Assembly (NCBI GenBank): GCA_947623705.1
Contig: CANQHT010000001.1
Coordinates: forward strand, 1 to 37,394
DNA from: an uncultured Bacilli bacterium
GTDB taxonomy: Bacteria > Bacillota_I > Bacilli_A > RF39 > UBA660
Direction of reading: 5' to 3'
DNA length: 37,394 bases
Both the position numbers and the translations under genes were made by a program. The notes below the pieces were generated by a model that was given only the letters and a program-made list of their open reading frames with translations, was not told the origin of the DNA and did no database searches. Shown one piece after another: positions 16,755 to 25,709 of this stretch (its first letter is position 1; each line of letters opens with the position of its first letter).

Positions 16755-18004
16755 TGAAAACTTTATTATATTTTGAGGAATATGAATCAGATCTTTCAAA
16801 AGCCCTAAGAAAAAGAAAAGACATTAACGTTTTATTTATTAGAACTGATAAAAATATAAGATTTTTTAGTAAGGAGTATTTAGAAAAATATAAAGATTAT
16901 TATCAATTCTTCTATGATAATGATTTTGATATGGAAATTTATAAATTTAAAAATTGGCTAAGTCATAAAAAGATTAAAATAGATTATTTTTTAAATGATT
17001 CTGAATTTTATATGGAGTATTCAAATAAAATTGCTGAGAGACTTGGATTAGAATGTTTGAGTTCTGAACAAGTAAAATGGGTCCGAGATAAAGTTGCAAT
17101 GAAAGATAAATTTAATCAAATAGGATTAAGAACAGTTGATTATCAAATTGTTACTTCTAAAAATGATATTCTAAAATTTATGAAAAAACACATTGGAGAA
17201 CCGATTATATTTAAACCAAGAGATTTAATGAATAGTAAAAATGTATTTAAGATTGATTCTCCAAGCGATTTGGATTATATAGATTTAAACTTAGAGTGTG
17301 GAAATTTTATGGTTGAATCATATTGCTATAATCAGGAATGGTCAATAGAAAGCCTAATTCAAGATGGTATAGTACTTGACTCTTACGTAACTTATATACC
17401 AAATAGAACTCTATGGGCAGCAATAGATAATAGATTAAATTGTCATATGACAGTTCCTAAAATACCTAAATACTTTAAGTTTATTCCAAAAAATTTTATT
17501 CAAAAAATAGTGAATGGTATGAATTTAAAAAATGGGGCAATGACAATAGAGGTATTTATAGATGAAGAAGGAAATGTGATGCCTAGTGAATTAGGATGGC
17601 GTTTACCTGGATGTCAAGCAACCAAAAATCACAGTAGATCCTATGGCTTTGATATGTGCGATTCATTGATTGATATAGCAATTCATAAACCAGTAAGTTT
17701 AAAATATAGGAATCCCATTGTTTGTGTAGGTGACTTATATTTACCAAATAAAGAAGGCCTAATTACGGAAATCACTTCGCTGGATGAATTATTAAATATG
17801 GATGGAGTTATTGATGGTGAGATGCTTATAAAAAAAGGGGATATCCAAAAAAAACGAAGAGTAGGTAATGATGCCTCTGGTTGGGTTCAAGTTGTAGGGG
17901 AAAATGAGTTTGATACTTTACAAAAAATGCAAAGAATATATGATAATTTTACAATAGAGGTTGCAAATGATATAGGAGGCAAAAAATATGTTAAAAAATT
18001 ATAA
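16754..18004 (+). CDS. ATP-grasp carboxylate-amine ligase-like protein
   Basis: VRDKVAMKDKF...IIFKPRDLMNSKNV...MVESY...TIEVFIDEEGNVMPSELGWRLPG. Confidence 0.75.
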   Translation: MKTLLYFEEYESDLSKALRKRKDINVLFIRTDKNIRFFSKEYLEKYKDYYQFFYDNDFDMEIYKFKNWLSHKKIKIDYFLNDSEFYMEYSNKIAERLGLECLSSEQVKWVRDKVAMKDKFNQIGLRTVDYQIVTSKNDILKFMKKHIGEPIIFKPRDLMNSKNVFKIDSPSDLDYIDLNLECGNFMVESYCYNQEWSIESLIQDGIVLDSYVTYIPNRTLWAAIDNRLNCHMTVPKIPKYFKFIPKNFIQKIVNGMNLKNGAMTIEVFIDEEGNVMPSELGWRLPGCQATKNHSRSYGFDMCDSLIDIAIHKPVSLKYRNPIVCVGDLYLPNKEGLITEITSLDELLNMDGVIDGEMLIKKGDIQKKRRVGNDASGWVQVVGENEFDTLQKMQRIYDNFTIEVANDIGGKKYVKKL

Positions 18005-18779
18005 ACAATACTTTTTAATTTTATTATTTACGATATTACTTACAATGGGTTGTTCCAATAAGTTAAATGTTATTAATAATAAAGATGATTTAAATAATAA
18101 AAATATTGGTATTTATACTGGTTCAGAGTATGATACTATTGCGGAAAATAATATCTTAGATGTGAGTATTTCATATTATAATAGTTATAGTGATCAAATA
18201 TCAGCTTTGAAGTCGGGTAAAATAGATGGTTTTTTAACAGATGAACCATTAGCTAAAGAAATAATCAAGGAAAATAGTAATCTAAAAATATTAGATGAAA
18301 AACTTACTGAAGATAGTTATGCATTTGCCATTAATCCTAATAAACAAGATTTACAAAAGGCAATTAATGAAGTGTTAAATACTATGAAACAAAATGGTAA
18401 ATTACAAGAATTAGAAGAAAAATGGATGGGAAATGAGGAAAGTAAAAAAGAATTAGATAATTATAATTATGATGCTTCCAAAGGCACTATTAAATTTGCT
18501 ACTGTATCAGGTTCTGCCCCATTTGCCTATATGAAAAATAATAAGATTGTTGGATATGATATTGATGTAATAAATTATATTTGTAAAGAATTAGGTTATA
18601 AGCTTGAAGTTATAGAAATGGCATTTGAGGGTATAATTCCAGCCTTAAAATCTGGGAAAGTTGATGTTTCAGGTTGTTCGATTATTGTAACGGAAGAAAG
18701 AAAAAAATCAGTTTTATTTTCAGAACCGGATTATACTGGGGGAATTGTAGTAGTTGTTAGAGGAAAAAATGAAAAATAA
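17988..18779 (+). CDS. lipoprotein, family-3 (polar amino acid) ABC substrate-binding protein with apparently permuted domain order
   Basis: Lipobox LLTMGC. The GlnH-like N-half motifs (VGYDIDV...IIPALKSGKVDVS...TEERKK..FSEPDY) lie at the C-terminus. The C-half motifs (IGIYTGSEYD...SGKIDGFLTDEP...KW) lie at the N-terminus. Confidence 0.8.
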   Translation: MLKNYKQYFLILLFTILLTMGCSNKLNVINNKDDLNNKNIGIYTGSEYDTIAENNILDVSISYYNSYSDQISALKSGKIDGFLTDEPLAKEIIKENSNLKILDEKLTEDSYAFAINPNKQDLQKAINEVLNTMKQNGKLQELEEKWMGNEESKKELDNYNYDASKGTIKFATVSGSAPFAYMKNNKIVGYDIDVINYICKELGYKLEVIEMAFEGIIPALKSGKVDVSGCSIIVTEERKKSVLFSEPDYTGGIVVVVRGKNEK

Positions 18780-19545
18780 AACTAAGTTTATAAAGTTCTT
18801 CTTTATATTGTTTCTCATAATAATAGTTATAGTTATTAGTAAAGATGTAATTATAGATTTTTTAATTAATGTTAGAAATAGTTTTAATCGAACAATAATT
18901 TTAGAAAAAAGATATATTTTATTTTTAAATGGATTAAAATCAACAATATTAATTTCATTCTTAGCAATTATATTTGGTACATTATTAGGATTTATTTTAT
19001 TCTTGTTACAAAAATCAAAGATCAAAATTTTAAGTAAATTTTCGTATATGATAGTACGATTTTTACAAGGAGTTCCCGTAACAGTTTTATTATTAACATT
19101 TTATTTTGGAATTTTTGGAAATATAAATATAGCACCTATTGTAGTAGCAATAATAGTATTTTCAATATACTTTTCTGCATATGTTTCCGAGATTATTAAA
19201 GGGGCCTTTTTATCAATTAATAGAACCCAAATTGATTCGGCTTATGCTTTAGGTTTTACTAAACTTCAAACAGTTAGATATATAATTATCCCTCAAGTAC
19301 TTTCGTATATAATCCCCGTTTATAAAAATGAAAGTGTTTCCATAATAAAATCCACTTCTATAGCTGGTTATATATCTGTAATGGAACTAACTAAAGCAAG
19401 TGATATCATAAGAAATAGAACTTATGAAGCATTCTTTCCATTAATATTTACAGCGTTTATATATTTTATAATTTGTTATATATTTTGTAAAATATTGGAT
19501 TTAGTATATAAGAAAATTAATCCAAAGGTGGTGAAGAATTTATGA
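18769..19545 (+). CDS. amino acid ABC transporter permease (His/Glu/Gln/Arg/opine family)
   Basis: Multi-TM protein with SAYALGFTKLQTVRYIIIPQ (EAA-loop region). The ATG at 18769 follows an AGAGGA RBS. Confidence 0.85.
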   Translation: MKNKTKFIKFFFILFLIIIVIVISKDVIIDFLINVRNSFNRTIILEKRYILFLNGLKSTILISFLAIIFGTLLGFILFLLQKSKIKILSKFSYMIVRFLQGVPVTVLLLTFYFGIFGNINIAPIVVAIIVFSIYFSAYVSEIIKGAFLSINRTQIDSAYALGFTKLQTVRYIIIPQVLSYIIPVYKNESVSIIKSTSIAGYISVMELTKASDIIRNRTYEAFFPLIFTAFIYFIICYIFCKILDLVYKKINPKVVKNL

Positions 19546-20213
19546 AAAAAGATTGCATATTAGAGTTGGAAAATGTTGCCAAATACTATGGCAATGAATT
19601 GGTATTTAATAATATTAATTTAAAGATAAAAAAAGGAGAAGTAATTTCTTTAGTAGGAAAAAGTGGGAGTGGTAAGAGTACTTTATTAAAGTGTATAAAT
19701 CGCTTAGAAGATATCAATGCGGGTAAAATAAAGTTTAAAGGAAGGGATATTAAAGAAATATCTCTTGTAGAATTAAGACAAAAAATTGGGATAGTATTTC
19801 AAGATTATAATTTATTTGAACATTTAACTGTCTTAGATAATCTTACAATAGGTTTAATTAAAATAAAAGGTTATTCTAAAAAAGAGAGTATTCATAAAGC
19901 TTTAAATGTTTTAAAAAAAGTGGATTTGGTTGATAAAAAGGATAAATATCCCGATGAATTATCGGGAGGACAAAAACAAAGAGTTGCCATTGCTAGAACT
20001 CTATTAATGGAACCAGATATTATTTTATTAGATGAACCTACAAGTGCCTTAGATAAAGAGATGAAGAATAGTGTATTAGAATTAATTAGTGAACTTGTTG
20101 ATGAAGATATGACTTTAATTGTAGTATCACATGAAGATGAATTTATTAATAAAGTGTCAGATAGAATATTTAGTTTTAATAAACATACTTTATTGGAGAA
20201 GAAAAATGGATAG
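19542..20213 (+). CDS. amino acid ABC transporter ATP-binding protein
   Basis: Walker A GKSGSGKST, signature LSGGQKQRVAIAR, Walker B ILLDEPTSALD. Confidence 0.95.
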   Translation: MKKDCILELENVAKYYGNELVFNNINLKIKKGEVISLVGKSGSGKSTLLKCINRLEDINAGKIKFKGRDIKEISLVELRQKIGIVFQDYNLFEHLTVLDNLTIGLIKIKGYSKKESIHKALNVLKKVDLVDKKDKYPDELSGGQKQRVAIARTLLMEPDIILLDEPTSALDKEMKNSVLELISELVDEDMTLIVVSHEDEFINKVSDRIFSFNKHTLLEKKNG

Positions 20214-21090
20214 TATTAATAGATACAAGATTATAAAAAAATTCCCATTAGGTGGTTCATCCGTTCAAAAATACATTGTTGAAAAAGATAATAAAATATT
20301 CTTGTTAAGATTATATGATATTAGATTTATGGATAGTAGATATAAAGCTTTTAATAATATTAGAATTTTGCATAATAATGGCATAGCTGTTCCTGAAATA
20401 TATGATTTTGGTGTGATGTCGGATAATAAACATGGTTATGCTATTATGGATTGGCTTGCTGGAGTTTCTTTAGATAATTTATTATTTGATGATAGTTTAA
20501 TTGACAAATATGGAAAAATAGTGGCAAATGAGTTATTTAAAATGCATAATATAGATCCAAATGAAAATATAAATATATATGATAAGTTTATAAAGTCGTT
20601 TAATAAGAAAATAAATAAATTGAAAGACATAGGTATAGATTATACATCTTCTATTCTAGAATCATTTGTTTTAGATAATAGTATGGTTTTAAAATGTTTA
20701 GATACAAGTATTATTCATGGGGATTTTCATCCGGGAAATATAGTAGTAAATGATGGTAAAATTTGCTTTATAGATTTAGATGTATGCCAGAATAACTTTG
20801 CTTGGATAGATTTATCTACAAATTCTTGTAATTTAGATTATCCTAAGTTTTATACAACTTTAATAAATGAATACTTTAATAATAATGTTCCAGATAATTT
20901 TTGGTTAATATATAATCTATATGGTTCGTTATATTGCTTAGATTATATATTATATTGTAATAGAACGGCTAATAAAACACTTGAAGATGGTATTACAGTT
21001 GTTAAGAAATTTTTAGATTATTCAGATGAATTTAGCTCATTAAAACCTAAGTGGTATGATAATAAAAAAGTTTTAAGAAAGGAAAAATAG
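20206..21090 (+). CDS. aminoglycoside/choline-kinase-fold phosphotransferase (APH family)
   Basis: IIHGDFHPGNIVV...CFIDLD. The ATG at 20206 follows a GGAGAAG RBS. Confidence 0.8.
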   Translation: MDSINRYKIIKKFPLGGSSVQKYIVEKDNKIFLLRLYDIRFMDSRYKAFNNIRILHNNGIAVPEIYDFGVMSDNKHGYAIMDWLAGVSLDNLLFDDSLIDKYGKIVANELFKMHNIDPNENINIYDKFIKSFNKKINKLKDIGIDYTSSILESFVLDNSMVLKCLDTSIIHGDFHPGNIVVNDGKICFIDLDVCQNNFAWIDLSTNSCNLDYPKFYTTLINEYFNNNVPDNFWLIYNLYGSLYCLDYILYCNRTANKTLEDGITVVKKFLDYSDEFSSLKPKWYDNKKVLRKEK

Positions 21091-21092
21091 GT

Positions 21093-22019
21093 ATGAGAGA
21101 ATTAAAAAAATATGAAGGGGATAGAGTTATATTAATGGCTTGTTCAAATTGTAATGTTGCATGTAAGCATTGCTATATAGGATATACGGGAAATAGGACT
21201 CCAGAAGAATTAAAAAAATTAGCGGAGTATTATAAAAATAAATATAAATTAGTAAGAATAGATGGTGCTGAACCACTTGTTGACTTGGGATATTTACCTT
21301 CTTACAAAATAGTTGGCCAAGATTGGATTATGACAAATGGGCTTAGAATATTTCGGGAACCAAAGATAATAGACTTATTGCTAGAAAATGGCATTAGTAA
21401 TGTATTTATGTCTTATCATTTTGAAATACAAGATAGTTTAAATGGTATTACTAACGAGATGTTAAATGCCGTTATTAGAATGTTAAGAGAAAAAGGACTT
21501 AGAGTTGTTTTAATGACAACAATTACAAATAAGAATGCCAAAGATACTTTGCAAATATGTGAGAATGCTTATGAACTAGGGGCATCGGGAATTGAATTTA
21601 ACAAAATATTTATTCAAGGAAGAGCTAAAAACTTAACTGATGTAAGATTAGTAAAAGAAGACTATGATAGTTTCTTTACACAATTAAAACAAGCTAGAGA
21701 CAAATATGATATAAATGATTTTGAAGTAAGAAGAAGTGGAACTTTTGGCTGTGATACGGTTAATGAACCAAATAATTTCAAATGTAGTGCTGGTGTAAAA
21801 AAAGTTTGTATTACACCTGATGATAAAGTTTATGGATGTACATGTATATGTAAACCTGGTTATGAAGTTGGTGAAATAATTGATGGTGAAATATATATGT
21901 ATTCCGATTTTGAAAATGATCGCACTTGGTGTTTAGGTGATAAAATGGGTGAATTAGGTATAGAAAATATCCAAGATCTTAATAATCCAAAAATAAAGAG
22001 TTTAGTTAGAAAGATTTAA
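21093..22019 (+). CDS. radical SAM protein with C-terminal auxiliary Cys cluster (SPASM/twitch-like)
   Basis: CNVACKHC (CX3CX2C) near the N-terminus. C-terminal FGCD...FKCSAG...VCITPDDKVYGCTCICKPG. Confidence 0.88.
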   Translation: MRELKKYEGDRVILMACSNCNVACKHCYIGYTGNRTPEELKKLAEYYKNKYKLVRIDGAEPLVDLGYLPSYKIVGQDWIMTNGLRIFREPKIIDLLLENGISNVFMSYHFEIQDSLNGITNEMLNAVIRMLREKGLRVVLMTTITNKNAKDTLQICENAYELGASGIEFNKIFIQGRAKNLTDVRLVKEDYDSFFTQLKQARDKYDINDFEVRRSGTFGCDTVNEPNNFKCSAGVKKVCITPDDKVYGCTCICKPGYEVGEIIDGEIYMYSDFENDRTWCLGDKMGELGIENIQDLNNPKIKSLVRKI

Positions 22020-22020
22020 A

Positions 22021-22788
22021 ATGAATAGGGATGAATTAAATATTCTACTAAAAAAGTACTATTCTTTTAATAACGTAGTTAAAAGTAAATTAAATATAGA
22101 TGATAAACAAAATTTTGATTTAGTAATTATTTCACCAACATGGAAACCACATTTTGTGTTTAATGAAGATTATAATGTTGAAAATTTAAAAACCGGAAGT
22201 ACGGCAACATATATTTTATATTATAATAATAAAAAAATATTGTTTATTAAGACTGGAAAAGGAGCCCCAAATGTGTTTGATAATTTATTACTTTTACGAA
22301 ATATTGATTCACCATATATATTTTTAGGTTCTGCTGGCTCTTTGAGTGAAAATGTTCATGAAGGAGATATTTTTATACCAGATTATTCTATTTCAGGAGA
22401 TGGAGCATCGCTATATTTTGAAAAGAAAATAGATACTACAAATTTTTTTAATAAAATATATTTTAGCGCTGAAATTAAGCAATATATTACGAGTATTTTG
22501 AAAAATATTAATTTTTCATATAAAAATGGTGGAGTTTATTCAACTGATTCATTAATAGGTGAATATTATCACCTTCAAGAAATAATGAAATTTGATGTTT
22601 CTTGTATTGAACAAGAAACTGCTGCATTTGGTAAATGTATGAAAATTATGGAAAAAGAAGGTTTGCCAATTTTAGTAATATCTGATTCATTAATTTGTGG
22701 TACAAACTATTATGAGCCAATGGAAAACAAGCAAGAATATCTTTTAACTAGAACAAAAAAATTACAAAAAATAATTAGTAGATTTTAG
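22021..22788 (+). CDS. nucleoside phosphorylase/nucleosidase superfamily (PNP_UDP_1) protein
   Basis: GSAGSL, ISGDGAS and IEQETAA, in the order seen in DeoD/Udp/MtnN-type enzymes. Confidence 0.7.
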   Translation: MNRDELNILLKKYYSFNNVVKSKLNIDDKQNFDLVIISPTWKPHFVFNEDYNVENLKTGSTATYILYYNNKKILFIKTGKGAPNVFDNLLLLRNIDSPYIFLGSAGSLSENVHEGDIFIPDYSISGDGASLYFEKKIDTTNFFNKIYFSAEIKQYITSILKNINFSYKNGGVYSTDSLIGEYYHLQEIMKFDVSCIEQETAAFGKCMKIMEKEGLPILVISDSLICGTNYYEPMENKQEYLLTRTKKLQKIISRF

Positions 22789-22797
22789 GGGGAAGTT

Positions 22798-23364
22798 ATG
22801 AAATATATTATAATGTCAGATGGTAAAGGAACAAGGTGGAATAATTACCTTGGAATTACAAAACAAGAAGTTATTATTAACAATGAAAGACTGATTGATA
22901 GAACTGTTAGAATGATTTTAGAAAGAACAACAAATGATGTATATATACTGTCAAGTAATCAAAATCATGATAGTAAATATGCCAAAAGAATAGTTTCAAA
23001 ATATGATGATTATTTTCACAAAAGGTATGCTTACGACTTTCTTGATGATTCAACAACTTATTTATATGGAGACACTTTTTATGATGAAAAAACAATTGAT
23101 ATAATTATAAAAGACATGGTTGAAAATATAAGTTTTTATGGTAACGAATATGCTATTATTGCTGTAAAAGCAAATAATTATCAATTATTAAAAAGGGTAA
23201 TAGATAATGCCAATAATCATTGCCATTCACTTTACCATTTATTTGATGAATTTGAAAATTATAGAACTTTTGTTAATGTAGGAGATGGGTTTGTCAATAT
23301 AAATACTCCAAATGATTATATTAATTTAATAAAAGATACTAAAAAATTAGTATTAAAAAGGTGA
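22798..23364 (+). CDS. nucleotidyltransferase (MobA/LicC-like NTP-transferase fold)
   Basis: N-terminal IIMSDGKGTRW (GxGxR nucleotide-binding loop) and a ~190-aa length. Confidence 0.6.
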   Translation: MKYIIMSDGKGTRWNNYLGITKQEVIINNERLIDRTVRMILERTTNDVYILSSNQNHDSKYAKRIVSKYDDYFHKRYAYDFLDDSTTYLYGDTFYDEKTIDIIIKDMVENISFYGNEYAIIAVKANNYQLLKRVIDNANNHCHSLYHLFDEFENYRTFVNVGDGFVNINTPNDYINLIKDTKKLVLKR

Positions 23365-23368
23365 TTTT

Positions 23369-24274
23369 ATGATAAATGCAATGATAATACAAATAATTGA
23401 AAAAAATATAAATGAAAAAGTAATAAGTATAAAGCAAATAAAATTTGGTTATAGTAGAATGGTTTTTATGATTAATGATAGATATATTTTGAAAATTGTT
23501 ATTAATTCTACTAAAGATAATGATACAATAAAAGAAGTTAAATTTTTATTAAATAATGCTAATTTAGAATTTATTCCGAAGGTAATATTTAGTGATTTTA
23601 CAAAAAAGTCTTTTCCCTATGTATTTTATTTAGAAAGAAAAATTAATGGAGAGTCATTATTATTAAAGTGGCCATTATTAAAGGAAAGTGAAAAACAACA
23701 AATATTAGTTCAATTATTGGAAAAGTTAGAAAAATTACATTCTCTAAGTTATAATTTACGCTTTGATAATGATTGTTTAGATGGGTTATTAAAAGAATAT
23801 GATAATTACTTAAATAAAATTATAGAATCTAATATTTTAAATAAAGAAAAAATATATTATTTATATGAATTAAAAGATATAATTTCAAAATTATTTGAAG
23901 GAGCAACCACTGGATTAATTCATGGAGATTTGCATTTTAATAATATTTTAGTTAATGATAATAATGAGATATCGATAATTGATTTTGAAAAAGTAAAACA
24001 ATCATTTGTTGTAAGAGAATTAGATCCTATAAATCGTATGGCTAGAAATCCTAACTCCTTCAATACTAATTCAAAAATTATACTAAATGATTATGATTTT
24101 CGAAACATTATGAATTTTATAAAAAATAATTTTGAAACAATAAATAATGATAAATTTGATGATAGATTATTATTTTTCGATTGTTTAAACTCATTAATGT
24201 GGCTAGCAAAATATCCTAAATATGAGTTATATAATGATATTCTTTTTAACAAAAGTAGAAAATTATTAAGATAG
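23369..24274 (+). CDS. second APH-fold phosphotransferase
   Basis: LIHGDLHFNNILV...SIIDFE. Divergent from the first kinase. Confidence 0.8.
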   Translation: MINAMIIQIIEKNINEKVISIKQIKFGYSRMVFMINDRYILKIVINSTKDNDTIKEVKFLLNNANLEFIPKVIFSDFTKKSFPYVFYLERKINGESLLLKWPLLKESEKQQILVQLLEKLEKLHSLSYNLRFDNDCLDGLLKEYDNYLNKIIESNILNKEKIYYLYELKDIISKLFEGATTGLIHGDLHFNNILVNDNNEISIIDFEKVKQSFVVRELDPINRMARNPNSFNTNSKIILNDYDFRNIMNFIKNNFETINNDKFDDRLLFFDCLNSLMWLAKYPKYELYNDILFNKSRKLLR

Positions 24275-24315
24275 TGTGATACAATATAGTTGATTAAAGA
24301 ATGGAGTGTAGTTGT

Positions 24316-24843
24316 ATGAAAGAAATATTATATAATTATGATAATTTAAAATTAGAAGATATTGATGAGGTGGTTACTAGAACAAAAGGTTTGATTATTA
24401 ATAGCAATAATGAAATAACTCTAGGATATTCTCATAAAACTTATCAATTTCCCGGAGGCCATTTAGAGGATGGTGAAAGTTTAGAAGAATGTTTATTAAG
24501 AGAAATAGAAGAAGAAACTGGAATAGAAATAAAAGATGCTAAATTAAAACCATTTGAAAAAATTACATACTATAGTAAAAATTATCATGGATCTGGTAAA
24601 AATAGAAAAAATGATATCTATTATTATATTATTAATACTGATGCTAAATTTGATATGAATAATTCCAAGTTAGATGAATGGGAAAAAGATGGCGATTTTA
24701 CTGTTAAAACTTTTAAAATTGAAAATGTTGAACAAGTTTTAATAGATAGCATACCCGATAATCCAATAAACAAGGTGATTGTTGAAGAAATGTTGGACAT
24801 TTTTAAAGAATATAACAAAATAATGAATATGGATAAAAATTAA
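24316..24843 (+). CDS. NUDIX hydrolase (canonical Nudix box)
   Basis: GGHLEDGESLEECLLREIEEETGIE. Confidence 0.9.
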   Translation: MKEILYNYDNLKLEDIDEVVTRTKGLIINSNNEITLGYSHKTYQFPGGHLEDGESLEECLLREIEEETGIEIKDAKLKPFEKITYYSKNYHGSGKNRKNDIYYYIINTDAKFDMNNSKLDEWEKDGDFTVKTFKIENVEQVLIDSIPDNPINKVIVEEMLDIFKEYNKIMNMDKN

Positions 24844-24844
24844 T

Positions 24845-25627
24845 ATGAAGTATTTAATTGCAATTGATAGCGATGGGACATTAAGACATTCTAATGGATA
24901 TATTTCTGATAAAACAAAAGAAATTATAAAAAAAGTTGTAGATAGGGGAAATACTGTTGTTATTTGCACGGCACGACCTAGATATTATACATTAAAGATT
25001 TCCAATGAAGTAGGTTTAAATGAATATTTAATATCATCTAATGGTACGGAAGTTTATGACAACATTAATAAAAAAAATATTTATTGTAAATATTTACCAA
25101 AAGAAGAATGTAAAATAATATATGAAGATGCAAAAAATCTTGGGCTTAGAGTTATGTTCGTAACAGAAAACACGGAATATGTAACCATGTTTACTAGAAA
25201 TAATTCTCAAATTTTATTAGATGATAATAATTTTGAAAAATTATTAAAAAAAGATATTAAGCAAATTATGATTATTAGCAAATCCAAAGAATTAGTTAAA
25301 AAATATAAGTCATTAATTGAACAAAAATCTAATTTATACGTTGTTGATTCATCAAGAGAAGACAAAGAAGAATTGTGGTTTAGTGTAATATGTTCTAATT
25401 CATCAAAAGGCGATTCTTTAAAATTTTTAGCAGAGTACCTAGATATTCCTATAAAAAATACTATAGCAATTGGTAATGATAACAATGATATATCGATGAT
25501 TGATATTGCTGGTTTGGGAGTGGCCGTAGCCAATGCAACTGCTGAGTTAAAAAAGCATGCTGATTATATTACTAAAAGTAATGATGAAGATGGGGTTGCA
25601 GTTTTTCTTGAAACATTGATAAAATAG
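24845..25627 (+). CDS. HAD-IIB (Cof-type) phosphatase
   Basis: IAIDSDGTL (DxDxT) and GNDNNDISM. Confidence 0.9.
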   Translation: MKYLIAIDSDGTLRHSNGYISDKTKEIIKKVVDRGNTVVICTARPRYYTLKISNEVGLNEYLISSNGTEVYDNINKKNIYCKYLPKEECKIIYEDAKNLGLRVMFVTENTEYVTMFTRNNSQILLDDNNFEKLLKKDIKQIMIISKSKELVKKYKSLIEQKSNLYVVDSSREDKEELWFSVICSNSSKGDSLKFLAEYLDIPIKNTIAIGNDNNDISMIDIAGLGVAVANATAELKKHADYITKSNDEDGVAVFLETLIK

Positions 25628-25640
25628 GAAATTATTTTTT

Positions 25641-25669
25641 AGAACTTATTGTCTTAAGTTCTTTTTTTG
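25641..25669 (+). terminator. intrinsic terminator at the end of the 13-gene operon
   Basis: AGAACTTA-ttgtct-TAAGTTCT, then T7. Confidence 0.75.
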
Positions 25670-25709
25670 TTTTTGGAATAATAAACTTAAAAAGAAAGGA
25701 CAAAGTAAT

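Noticed and set aside
20131-20205. Long N-terminal extensions given by the ORF track for several genes (3963-5147, 9302, 9941, 11492, 15834, 18754, 20131, 24301, 28328, 33088).
   Set aside because: Internal ATGs preceded by good Shine-Dalgarno sequences and matching homologue N-termini are more plausible. The extensions overlap upstream genes or lack an RBS.
21093-22019. The radical SAM enzyme as a prokaryotic viperin (antiviral ddhNTP synthase) or a RiPP maturase.
   Set aside because: A C-terminal multi-Cys auxiliary-cluster region is not a viperin feature. No small precursor-peptide ORF fits in the tightly packed operon. Neither idea can be excluded without profile searches.
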